DNA from: Planctomycetota bacterium
Lineage (GTDB): Bacteria > Planctomycetota > PLA2 > JAEUHO01
Direction: 5' to 3'
Assembly: GCA_965222115.1 (NCBI GenBank)
Contig: CBDCTJ010000007.1
Coordinates: forward strand, 2,816,001-2,880,000
DNA length: 64,000 nucleotides
This document shows positions 19,159-28,309 of the stretch, one piece after another; the first letter of the stretch is position 1; each line of letters begins with the position of its first letter. The position numbers and the translations under genes were made by a program. The notes under the pieces are model-generated. The model did no database searches. It had not been told where the DNA came from and worked only from the letters and a program-made list of their open reading frames with translations.

Positions 19159-19884
19159 GTGTCCCCACCGTCGCTTCACTATGTCTATCCATCGCCGCTA
19201 GAAGACGCCACGCTCATCAAGCGTTACAAGCGCTTCCTAGCAGACGTGGAGCGCGCCGATGGCTCCGTGCTCACGGTGCATGCGGCCAACCCGGGATCCA
19301 TGCGCACATGCAGTGAGCCCGGCAGCCCCGTACGCATTCGTGATTCGGGCAATCCAAAGCGCAAACTCCGATTCAACTTGGAGCAAGTAAAGAGCAGCGG
19401 CGTGTGGGTGGCGGTCAACACGGCACTGCCCAACCGCGTCGTAGGTGAGGCGCTTCGCCGAGGCGAAGTGGATTCCACGCTACGCGGGTTGCAGGTCAAC
19501 GCAGAGGTTTCTGATGGTGATACGAGTCGAATCGACTTTCGTCTCGAATCGGGGGTGCGGCGGTGTTGGATCGAAGTCAAGAACGTCACGCTTCGCGTTG
19601 GTCGCGACGCGTGCTTTCCCGATGCGGTGACAGAGCGGGGACGCAAACATCTTGGCGCACTGACCCGTCTCGTTGCCAAGGGCGATCGTGCTGTGATGCT
19701 TTACGTGGTGGCGCGCGCCGGGCTACGGCGCTTTCGTGCCGCACGTGAGATTGATCCTGCGTATGCCAAGGCCCTCGATCAAGCGGTTGCCTCCGGGGTC
19801 GAAGTCATGGCCTGTCAGCTACTGGTGACACGACGAGGGCTTCAACTCGGAGAACGGCTTCCGTTTGCGTCACCTCCCCGGTAG
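19159..19884 (+). CDS. sfsA: DNA/RNA nuclease SfsA
   Basis: KRYKRFLADV, NPGSM, SRIDF, IEVKNV, FPDAVTERGRKHL. Confidence 0.95.
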   Translation: MSPPSLHYVYPSPLEDATLIKRYKRFLADVERADGSVLTVHAANPGSMRTCSEPGSPVRIRDSGNPKRKLRFNLEQVKSSGVWVAVNTALPNRVVGEALRRGEVDSTLRGLQVNAEVSDGDTSRIDFRLESGVRRCWIEVKNVTLRVGRDACFPDAVTERGRKHLGALTRLVAKGDRAVMLYVVARAGLRRFRAAREIDPAYAKALDQAVASGVEVMACQLLVTRRGLQLGERLPFASPPR

Positions 19885-19894
19885 AAGAGGCCGC

Positions 19895-20602
19895 ATGACG
19901 TCGCCGTCCCCGGATTCATGCCTCCGCGTTCGTGATCTACGCAAGTGGTATGCCGATCCCGAAGGCCACAATACGCTCATTGTTTCGCTGGACGCGCTCG
20001 ATGTGGCGCGCGGCGAGTCGCTCGTGATTGAGGGTGCCAGTGGAAGTGGCAAGACGACCTTGCTACACATGATCGCCGGCATTGTCCGCGCTGATGAAGG
20101 CACCATAACGATCTGCGACGAGCCCATGACGGGCATTTCTGAAACGAGACGCGACGTGCTACGTGCCAAGCACATCGGGTATCTGTTCCAGACGTTCAAT
20201 CTGTTGCCGGGCCTATCGTCGCTTGAAAATGTGCTCCTTGGCATGACCTTTCGTCCAAGGCCTGCGGGCGGAACGCGTGCTGCCGCGCGAACTGCACTCG
20301 ATCGAGTAGGCCTCTCCAATCGACTGCACCATCGCCCCTCCCAACTGAGCGTTGGACAGCAGCAACGCGTAGCGATTGCGCGCGCCATGGCAGGTGATCC
20401 CTCGCTAGTGCTGGCCGACGAACCCACGTCCAACCTGGATGCCGAACGCGGCGCCTCGTGCATGGATCTCCTTGAGTCGTTTTGTGCCGAACGCAACGCG
20501 GCGCTCGTTGTGGTGACCCATGATGAGCGTGTGCAGCGCCGTTTTGCACGTTCCCTTCGACTGGTGGAGCTGGAACCTGCCGCGGAGAGGACCTCCGCAT
20601 GA
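19895..20602 (+). CDS. ABC transporter ATP-binding protein (LolD/MacB-like)
   Basis: GASGSGKT, LSVGQQQRVAIARA, LADEPT, VTHD. Confidence 0.95.
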   Translation: MTSPSPDSCLRVRDLRKWYADPEGHNTLIVSLDALDVARGESLVIEGASGSGKTTLLHMIAGIVRADEGTITICDEPMTGISETRRDVLRAKHIGYLFQTFNLLPGLSSLENVLLGMTFRPRPAGGTRAAARTALDRVGLSNRLHHRPSQLSVGQQQRVAIARAMAGDPSLVLADEPTSNLDAERGASCMDLLESFCAERNAALVVVTHDERVQRRFARSLRLVELEPAAERTSA

Positions 20603-21861
20603 ATGTTCTTTCGCTTGCTTGGCGCGGCATTCGATCGCGTCCGCTGTCGAGCATCCTCACGGCGCTGTCTGTCGCCCTTGGCGTTGGCCTTGTCGTTGCC
20701 GTTATGTCTACGCGTGCGTCGGCCACCAAGTCGTTTCAAGACGCTGCACGCGGGTATGACATTTTGCTAGGACCCAGCCACGGGTCACCGCTCCAGCTTG
20801 TGATGAACACCATGTTTCACGTCGGCAATGCCGGCGGAACAATGCCGTATGAGCACTACGAGAAGGCGCTGAGTGACAAGCGTGTGCGCGCCGCGATCCC
20901 CTACGCGGTGGGCGATAGTTTTCGCGGACATCACGTCGTGGGAACCACAACACAGTTCTTTGAGATTCTTCACGACCGGGCGAAGCGCCCGTTGGGCGAA
21001 GGCATTCGCGGAACGATTTTCCGCCCCCGAACATTTGAAGCGGTGATCGGGAGTATTGCTGCCAGCAAGGGAGGACTTCGTCGCGGGGACATATTTCGCG
21101 TCTTACACGGCGTTGAGATCACATTTCACGAGCACACGGAAGACTTCAAAGTGGTTGGCGTCATGCGCCCCACCGGCACACCTGCGGATCGCGCGATCTT
21201 CATTCCGATCGATACGTTCTATCATATTGGTTCCCACGCAGGGGAAGGTGCGGACGTCGTCCCCCTCGATCCCAACGACCGTGACTCACCGGAAGCAACG
21301 GACCCTGTACTCAAGAAATTGGGCGTGTCCGCGATTGGATTGCGATTGGTCAATCCCGTCTTGCGCCTGCGTTATCTGCACGAGTACCGAACGAGTGGTG
21401 GACCGGTTGAAGCCGTCGTCCCTGTGGATCAAATTGGTGATTTGATGCGGTTGGTCGGCAGTGTGGATGCCGTGTTTCGTTGGACGGCACTGCTCGTGAT
21501 TCTAGTTGCCGCAATTGGCATTCTTGTGAGTCTCTACAACACCATCCAAGGACGTCGCCGCGAGATTGCCATCATGCGCGCACTTGGTGCACGCCCCCAC
21601 CATGTGTTTTCCGTGCTGGTGCTTGAATCGGTACTGCTTGTACTCGCGGGCGGACTCATTGGCCTACTGCTCGGACACGGTGCGGTCACGTTGGCAGCCC
21701 CCCACCTCCTGGACGCCTACGGTGTATACGTTGAGAGTTCACCGGGTGCACTCGATTTGAAGATTCTCGCAGCCTTGGCGGGCATTGGCGTGCTTGTGGG
21801 GCTTTTGCCTGCGCTTCGCGGATTGCGTACGGAGGTCGCCGATAACTTGTACCCACGGTAG
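20599..21861 (+). CDS. ABC transporter permease (MacB/FtsX type), His-containing periplasmic loop
   Basis: GSPLQLV, GDSFRG..VVGT, RRREIAIMRALGA; ATGA overlap with the ATPase. Confidence 0.9.
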   Translation: MNVLSLAWRGIRSRPLSSILTALSVALGVGLVVAVMSTRASATKSFQDAARGYDILLGPSHGSPLQLVMNTMFHVGNAGGTMPYEHYEKALSDKRVRAAIPYAVGDSFRGHHVVGTTTQFFEILHDRAKRPLGEGIRGTIFRPRTFEAVIGSIAASKGGLRRGDIFRVLHGVEITFHEHTEDFKVVGVMRPTGTPADRAIFIPIDTFYHIGSHAGEGADVVPLDPNDRDSPEATDPVLKKLGVSAIGLRLVNPVLRLRYLHEYRTSGGPVEAVVPVDQIGDLMRLVGSVDAVFRWTALLVILVAAIGILVSLYNTIQGRRREIAIMRALGARPHHVFSVLVLESVLLVLAGGLIGLLLGHGAVTLAAPHLLDAYGVYVESSPGALDLKILAALAGIGVLVGLLPALRGLRTEVADNLYPR

Positions 21862-21904
21862 ATCGTCAGCCCGCACGGTCGGGCGTTAGAAGGCATCGCT
21901 ACCC

Positions 21905-23059
21905 TCAGTTGACGTGCCCTGATACCTCGAAGGCAATGCGCACGAGATGAATCCTGTTCTCGACAGTGGCTCGCCTTCGGTCCAGGGCTCCTAGCAGGTT
22001 GTTTCCAGATACGTCTTCCAACTCGGGGGCCACGACAATCGTGTAGCTGCCCGCTCGCCAGGGTTCATCGGAGCGAAACTGCCAGACGTGTTCGTGCTGA
22101 GCTGCTTTCACGCTTCCCGATACCTGCCGGCCATCGCCGTGACAGACCGAAATCATCCGCGCAAGCAGGGCATGATCCATGCATCGGTCAAAGGCGACGC
22201 TCAAGGGTTCGTTGGACTCGGCCGATGGGAGAGTAACTTGCCAGTGCTTGTGTTCTATCGCACGCCGTTCGGGTGGGCCTACACGGAACGACTGCTCATA
22301 GCGCTGAGAAAGTGGCTGCCCAAACACGTCGCGCCAACCGGGCTCCACGGTCAATCGGCACAGTGCTCCCTCGACGAGTGCCGGTCCAAGCCGACGGTTT
22401 GTTTCCACACCTCGCTTGATACGCCCGGGATCCAGCAACACCGTCAACCGCCGCCCATCAGGACTCCACAACTCCTGCTTGAACGACATGAAGGCCTTCT
22501 CATCCGCACGGCCGTTCGCGCTTAGGAGCCGCACGTATTGCATCGCCATGCCCCGCTGCATGGGATTCGAAAAGTAGATGTAGAAGCGAAGCGCGTTTTG
22601 CGGCAATGTGTCATGGGTCGGAAACACGCGCTCGACTCGCGGCGGCGGGCGTTTCGTATGAGGTATGGTGAATCGAGCATACGTTTGCTTCCCGTGCACC
22701 TCCCGCGACGCATCTCCAATCGCTTCCTCGCCGCCAAGGAGCGCGTCCACAAGGACCAAATAGGTCACACCTGTCACAAAAGGGAAGTCAGGAATAAATC
22801 GAACGGTGCCGCGGGATTGCCGATAACCACCCGCCACGGAGATTGTCGGTCGCGCCCCATCGTCCGGCGCCACATAGACGGCGAAACGGTTGCGCAAGTA
22901 GGTGGGTGCGATTTGTTCGATACACGTCGTGTGCAACGTAATCGGATCGTTGACGCTCGATGGCAGATCGAGTCGAACAAGCCGTTCGGTCGTCGGCGCG
23001 TTGCCACACGCGCCGACGATTCCCAAACACAATGCAACTATCGATACGGTGCGCAGCAT
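21905..23059 (-). CDS. hypothetical lipoprotein with Ig-like domains
   Basis: Lipobox VGAC; F.P.FPF..G..Y, LRFYIYFS.PM, ELW...DPGRIKRG, LEDVSGN motifs. Confidence 0.7.
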   Translation of the reverse strand: MLRTVSIVALCLGIVGACGNAPTTERLVRLDLPSSVNDPITLHTTCIEQIAPTYLRNRFAVYVAPDDGARPTISVAGGYRQSRGTVRFIPDFPFVTGVTYLVLVDALLGGEEAIGDASREVHGKQTYARFTIPHTKRPPPRVERVFPTHDTLPQNALRFYIYFSNPMQRGMAMQYVRLLSANGRADEKAFMSFKQELWSPDGRRLTVLLDPGRIKRGVETNRRLGPALVEGALCRLTVEPGWRDVFGQPLSQRYEQSFRVGPPERRAIEHKHWQVTLPSAESNEPLSVAFDRCMDHALLARMISVCHGDGRQVSGSVKAAQHEHVWQFRSDEPWRAGSYTIVVAPELEDVSGNNLLGALDRRRATVENRIHLVRIAFEVSGHVN

Positions 23060-23067
23060 CAGGCGCG

Positions 23068-24372
23068 CTACTTCTTCTTGCCAGCCATCGGATGGGGAAC
23101 GCCCGGGAAGTCAAACTCCGCATATAAGTAGTGCAATTTGACTGGGAATACAGTTGCCAACGACTCAAGATCGAGCGTGCCGGTGTAGGGATCGCGCGTG
23201 AGCGAGACAAAGAAATTATCGTTGAGCAGGTCGGCTTGCAGCGAGGTGCCTACAAACATGATGGGCCGACCCACGGGCCCCATGGGAAACACGCCTTGTG
23301 CGTCCATCTTCATGCCGCGCTTGGTGTTCTCTTTGGTGAGGGGTGTGGCTTTTTCCAGTCCTTCGATGGGAAACACCTGTGGCATGCGGCTATTGTTGGT
23401 GACGAATAGATACTCCTTGCCACCGGCGACCTTGTTCTTGAACGCCACCATATCGATGGGTTGGCCGTTGCCGATGTCGCCGATTGTTCTCGCGGTCACG
23501 CGCGCTCCGTCCTTGAGCTGGGCTATTGGAACGAGGACTACGGGGCTACAGGTGTACGCTGCGATGAGATAGTCAGCCTCACCGAGCCGCTTGGCAACCA
23601 TCGATCGAATGGGCGCGCGCGTTTCGTACTGGTCATGAGCCACGTGAAACATGCGCACGTTTGTAGAGCCGTGCTTTCCAGTGAAGGGATAGGGCATGCG
23701 GCGCAGCGTGGAGGAAAACTCCTCATTGGATATACCCGCGACAAAGACTTCGCCCTTGTAATACTCAATATCCATGATGGCGAGCACGCGCATCGGTCGT
23801 TTGGCTTTGGCCATGTCTTTGTTTGAGGGCGGATTGCCCATCATGCCGCGTGGCCGAAAGTGTTTGGTCCCGTCCGGCATATCGGAAAGTGCCTGACGAG
23901 TATAGGTCAAGCTATCTAGACGCACATGGTGTACGTTTCCAGCTTGATCCACGCGCACGATACCGGGATGAACGATCTCTCCGGCTCTGCGCATGACCGA
24001 GAGATATATTTCTCGCGATGTTGGATGGACCGCCATGTCGTTGATGGAAATGTGCTTCTTGGTGGCTCCCAACGAATTGGCGACTACTTCGTCGATACTG
24101 TCCACGTTTATGGCGACGTTGTTCGTTGGCGCCTTACCCACGCCCATCTCGAAGGCATAGATCGCGCCGCCAAGATTGTCGCCGACGAAGAGGACGCCAT
24201 CTGGGCCAAACTCAAGCGCTCCGGCAAAACGAAGCGGAGGTGGCTTGGGTTCGCCGGACGAAGAGGCCGGCGTTAGGAAAATCACGGCAATTATGAGCAT
24301 AAGAGTAACTGAGATGCTCGCGACAACTGCCAGGGGTGCCCGGATTCGCCAAGCTCGGTTGCTGTTCATCAT
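23068..24372 (-). CDS. exported hypothetical protein (probable beta-propeller)
   Basis: N-terminal TM/signal; FGPDGVLFVGD, INDMAVHP, AGISNEEFSS, AAYTCSP; GAAAGGA RBS. Confidence 0.75.
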   Translation of the reverse strand: MMNSNRAWRIRAPLAVVASISVTLMLIIAVIFLTPASSSGEPKPPPLRFAGALEFGPDGVLFVGDNLGGAIYAFEMGVGKAPTNNVAINVDSIDEVVANSLGATKKHISINDMAVHPTSREIYLSVMRRAGEIVHPGIVRVDQAGNVHHVRLDSLTYTRQALSDMPDGTKHFRPRGMMGNPPSNKDMAKAKRPMRVLAIMDIEYYKGEVFVAGISNEEFSSTLRRMPYPFTGKHGSTNVRMFHVAHDQYETRAPIRSMVAKRLGEADYLIAAYTCSPVVLVPIAQLKDGARVTARTIGDIGNGQPIDMVAFKNKVAGGKEYLFVTNNSRMPQVFPIEGLEKATPLTKENTKRGMKMDAQGVFPMGPVGRPIMFVGTSLQADLLNDNFFVSLTRDPYTGTLDLESLATVFPVKLHYLYAEFDFPGVPHPMAGKKK

Positions 24373-24423
24373 TCATCCTTTCGGTTAGTATTCCACGGAT
24401 GTGGTTGCCTGTAGGTTATGTCG

Positions 24424-24882
24424 TTAAAGTTCGCGAACCGGACCCTCAGCGTTCTTCAGCATTGCCTTAATGATGCGAACTAACTCCTTGGCGTCGGCTG
24501 AAGGAACGTTAGACAAAAATTTCTCGTTGGTGGCCATCGAACAAGCGGCAAGTTTGGCGACGAGCCCTTTGGCCTTGCTCGTTAACGTGAGTTTGATGGA
24601 TCGCCGATCGCTTCCATTCGGTGTTCGTACTACGAGACCCGCCTTCTCAAGCTGGTCGAGTTTCCGAGTAACCGCCGAGGGGTCCATCCCAATGAACCGG
24701 GACAGCGCCATGGGTGTGGAGGCTTCTTCGTTGTGAATGGCCGAAAGGATTGGCCATGTACTCCGCGCGACACCGTGCTGAGCGAGTTGTTCTCTAAAGT
24801 GTTCGCTCATCGATGAAGCGATACGCTGAATCCAGTATCCCGTGCTTTTCTGAATGCTGTAGTGGTTGACTTGCTTGGCCAT
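24424..24882 (-). CDS. MarR family transcriptional regulator
   Basis: W.IL..I...D.SAVTR.LDQLE..GLV.R....DRRS..L.LT. Confidence 0.93.
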   Translation of the reverse strand: MAKQVNHYSIQKSTGYWIQRIASSMSEHFREQLAQHGVARSTWPILSAIHNEEASTPMALSRFIGMDPSAVTRKLDQLEKAGLVVRTPNGSDRRSIKLTLTSKAKGLVAKLAACSMATNEKFLSNVPSADAKELVRIIKAMLKNAEGPVREL

Positions 24883-24888
24883 GCCGCA

Positions 24889-24918
24889 ATTATACTGGAC
24901 ATTATCAATAATTGATAA
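24889..24918 (-). promoter_or_regulatory. -10 box TATAAT 6 nt upstream of marR ATG plus palindromic operator TTATCAAT-A-ATTGATAA
   Basis: ATTATA at 24889-24894 on +; perfect 8-1-8 inverted repeat at 24902-24918 in an AT-rich patch. Confidence 0.7.
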
Positions 24919-24987
24919 ATGAAATAATGGACTATCTAAAATAATCGGGACCAATTTCTTCCTCTGATCCGCGATACGCTAGTGGGT

Positions 24988-25620
24988 ATGGTCTCCACAC
25001 GTGACATTGTCCTCGGCACGCTCTGTTGTCTCGCAGTCTTTTGTCTCTGGTGGTACGGCGCAAGTGATTCGCGCGCCAACGAAGACCTCAAACATACGCG
25101 TGCCAAGGGGCTCTACGGTCGCGGCATGGGCCTTTCGCCCGATGGCTCCTACGACCCCAATGTGGCGTTGGGCTTGCCAGCAGGAATCCGTATTGACCCG
25201 GTTACGGGTGAGCTGGTGGGGCTCTCGCTCGAAGGCGATGACGGAGCCAAGTCGCTGTCGTGGGAAGTATTGCGCGACTACAAGTATCAAGCGGGCCTTG
25301 AAGACGTGCCCGAGTCCGTTCAGAAATTCGACGGCCAAAAGGTCGTGATGGTGGGCTTCTTAATGGCCACCTTTGAGTACGAAGACATTCGCGAGTTCCA
25401 TCTCGTAGCCAGTCACTGGAGTTGTTGCTACGGCATCCCCCCGGGGCTCGATGGCGTGATCTATGTGAAACTCGAAGACGGTGCCTCAGGCCTTCGCCAA
25501 ACGCTTCAACCCGTCAAAGTCGTGGGCACGCTTAAGGTCGAAGAGATCAAAGAATCGGGTGTGGTCTGGGCAATCTACGCGTTGCGCGATGCGAAGGCGG
25601 AAGAGCTGAAATGGAATTAG
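24988..25620 (+). CDS. DUF3299 family protein
   Basis: LSW..L, DGQKV...GF, EF.LV....CC...PP...IYV, PV.V.G.L. Confidence 0.85.
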   Translation: MVSTRDIVLGTLCCLAVFCLWWYGASDSRANEDLKHTRAKGLYGRGMGLSPDGSYDPNVALGLPAGIRIDPVTGELVGLSLEGDDGAKSLSWEVLRDYKYQAGLEDVPESVQKFDGQKVVMVGFLMATFEYEDIREFHLVASHWSCCYGIPPGLDGVIYVKLEDGASGLRQTLQPVKVVGTLKVEEIKESGVVWAIYALRDAKAEELKWN

Positions 25621-25655
25621 GTTCCCTTTCCTACACCTAGATCCGACACAGTTCT

Positions 25656-25887
25656 CACGTCCACGTCCACGAACTGGCGCGAATCGATCATCGAGTGCTT
25701 AGGTCTGCAAATTCACACCCGGTACTTTTTCGCGGCTTTCGGTGCTCAATCGGTGTCGCTCGTATGCGGCTATCGCGCTCCTGCCGTCCGTTCTCCACGT
25801 CCACGCCCACGCCCACGCCCACGCCCACGAATTGGCGCGATACGGTCACCGGACGCTCACACTTGAGTCCGGTTGGCGGGTGACGGG
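25656..25887. repeat. gene-less double copy of the (CCACGY)n repeat module
   Basis: (CACGTC)n-GAACTGGCGCGAATCGATCATCG at 25656; 48-nt segment at 25738 shared with 31274; (CCACGY)n-GAATTGGCGCG...GGACGCTCACACTTGAGT..CGGGTGACGGG. Confidence 0.9.
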
Positions 25888-25984
25888 GAGCCTGAAAGCA
25901 GAGAACCCTAGTACTTCGTGTACCACCAAGACAGTGCGCACTGAAAGAGCCCAAGCATATTTCTGATGCGCGAGTTGCGTTGTA

Positions 25985-27052
25985 TTACTTCGCCGACTCC
26001 GCGACAGACTCTTCCAGCAACTCAAGCGCCTCCCCCAACCGCTTCCATGCCTTGGGGTCCCACTTGTGAACGCCAAGTGGTTCCAAGTGCTTCTTGGCGC
26101 GCTTCAAGAGTCCACGCGCGTCGTTCTTTTTGCCCAACGCAAGCGCGCGTTCACCCATTTCATTGCATGCCCAGCCCACCCACTCTTTCGTGGTCTTGGA
26201 GGGTTTCTCGGCATGCAAACGCTCTGCCCACGCCAATACGGGGCGTAGCCACATGCCTGCCTTCTCCTGATCACCGAGCCGTCGATGAGTCTTGCCAACG
26301 GCCCAGTCCGCAGCCAGCTTGGCGATCTCGCTGGTGCCCTTCCAGTGATAATGACGCGCTTTGGTGTAGGCCTCGAGCGCTAGTTTGAACTCACCGCGCT
26401 CGTCGCGTGTCACGCCGAGGTTGTTCCACAACGGGCCCAACCAGCTTTCGAGTTTGCCGGCTTCCGCGGCGGCAATACCTTTCTTCGCCCATACCAACTG
26501 CTGTTCGTTCGTGCCGGTGATGGCCACCATGTGCGCAGCGTCCACGGCCTTGTTGAAGAGCTTATGCTTGTTGCAGTAGTCGTACATGGTAACGAACGTC
26601 TTGGTGGCAGTGGGCTTGTCGCCGCCTTTCCACTCAAAGCGGCCACGCACACCGAGATACGTCGCCCAAGCGCTTGGAAGATTCGTCTCGCCGTCTTCCC
26701 TGACGAGGAGTGCCTTCGCCTTCTCCAACCATGGTGCGCCGCCCTTGGCGTCCCCTTGGATGAGATGTCCACGGGCAGCTAAGGAAAGTGACTCGGCCCA
26801 CGTCGCAGTGTCACCCAACTGCTCAGCCTTTGTGACAACGGCCTTAAACGCCTTTGTGGCATTGGCATACTTGCGCGAGCGAAACATCTGCTTCGCAGCC
26901 TCAAACTCGGTTGCGAGTCCTCTCACATCGGGCGGCGGTTCGGCGGCCTCAACCCGCGCGGCACTGAATGGAATAAAACTGAGGGGAACAAAAAGGAAAA
27001 GGAGGGCGCACCATAGCACCCTCCGATTCACGTTCATTTCGTGCGCGTTCAC
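25985..27052 (-). CDS. exported TPR-like protein
   Basis: Signal peptide; helical repeats such as LWNNLG..ALEAY.KA. Confidence 0.75.
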   Translation of the reverse strand: MNAHEMNVNRRVLWCALLFLFVPLSFIPFSAARVEAAEPPPDVRGLATEFEAAKQMFRSRKYANATKAFKAVVTKAEQLGDTATWAESLSLAARGHLIQGDAKGGAPWLEKAKALLVREDGETNLPSAWATYLGVRGRFEWKGGDKPTATKTFVTMYDYCNKHKLFNKAVDAAHMVAITGTNEQQLVWAKKGIAAAEAGKLESWLGPLWNNLGVTRDERGEFKLALEAYTKARHYHWKGTSEIAKLAADWAVGKTHRRLGDQEKAGMWLRPVLAWAERLHAEKPSKTTKEWVGWACNEMGERALALGKKNDARGLLKRAKKHLEPLGVHKWDPKAWKRLGEALELLEESVAESAK

Positions 27053-27055
27053 AAA

Positions 27056-27973
27056 CTACTGCTTCGTTGCGGGCTTCTTGGCGTCCCCGGAACCCGGGGC
27101 TTTGCGCTTTTTGCGCTTCACGCTTCAGCCAAACGGCTTGGTCATTTTTACAGGGACGTCTTTCCCGGCCTCGATTGCGGTGAATGCGTCGAGCAAATAC
27201 GTCTTCTTCTTGTCTTCATCCAAGGTGTCGCGAACGTCGTTACTGAGTGCGCCCTTGTAACGCAACACCCCCTTGGTATCGACCAAGAAATAGTGCGGCG
27301 TTTGCTTGCCGCCCAAGATATCGCATACGCGTTGATCGCGATCGGGGAAGATGCGTACATTGAAATCTTGGGCTTCAATGAACTCCTGATACCGTTCATT
27401 GGTGTCCTTGTAGTTGGATGCGATGGCATACATTCGCACCCCCGTAGCCTGGACAAACTCGATGGTGCGGTCATTGAGCACGCTACTTGTGGGGCACTTG
27501 GGTGACCAGACGACAAAGAGTAGCGGTTTGTCCTTGCGCTTTACAATCCACGCCGCGAGGTCAGCCAGCGACTTCATCTCAGCAGTTGCCTCTTCGGTGA
27601 CTTGAAATCCGAAGTGCTTGACGACGCCCTGAATAAACTCAAATTTGCTGCCTTCGTCGGGCTTGCCCTCGTCATTGAGGGCGCCCTTGATGGCATCGAA
27701 CTTGATTCCGAGATCCTTCGGGTCAGCGGCGCCGGCTTTCTTCGCTGAAGCTAGCAGATGGGCCTTCACGCCCTCGGCGGTGATTGCGCGCTGGGCGAAA
27801 TCAAAGACGCCACCATTGCGATCGGCGATCTTGAAGTCAGGAATCGCAGCATCGATCGCAACAGGCGTCGTGGTTTCCGTTTTGGCCTGCACAGGCGTAG
27901 TCAATGCGAGGGCCAACGCCCCCACGACTGCCACGAGCGAAAACGTCGTGGACCATCCAACACTGGGACGCAT
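27056..27973 (-). CDS. exported peroxiredoxin-like (redoxin) protein, probable selenoprotein (UGA at 27125-27127)
   Basis: PDF, WSPKCP, G..TP.YFLVD..G.LRY.GA, TKPFG-UGA-SVK matching the family GCxIK motif; readthrough ends at TAG 3 nt before the next gene. Confidence 0.8.
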
Positions 27974-28052
27974 GAGTACTCCTCGTCGTGCGCGCCGATC
28001 ATTCGGGACGCTCCGCAGAGTTTACCGGCAGTTTCGGCTCGCGTACGGTGCC

Positions 28053-28304
28053 CTACGGGGACGTTGGTTTGTCGTCACGCCCGGTGATCGTGCCGTGACG
28101 ACGAACCGGCTTGGCCGCGCGTACCCACCAAATCATCAAGGCCGCAAGCGCGACTACGATGAATAGTTCGGGATCGAAGAGCGCACCTCGTCCATTGGCC
28201 CAGCGAAAGAGAACGCGCATGAGTAGAACGGTGCCGAAGCCCGCGACGCTGTAGGCCACAAGCTTTCGAATCGTGTCCGCCATGCGGGGGCTGACGTCAC
28301 TCAT
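28053..28304 (-). CDS. small two-TM membrane protein
   Basis: Two hydrophobic segments; lies directly after the upstream gene in the same operon. Confidence 0.55.
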   Translation of the reverse strand: MSDVSPRMADTIRKLVAYSVAGFGTVLLMRVLFRWANGRGALFDPELFIVVALAALMIWWVRAAKPVRRHGTITGRDDKPTSP

Positions 28305-28309
28305 CCGGC

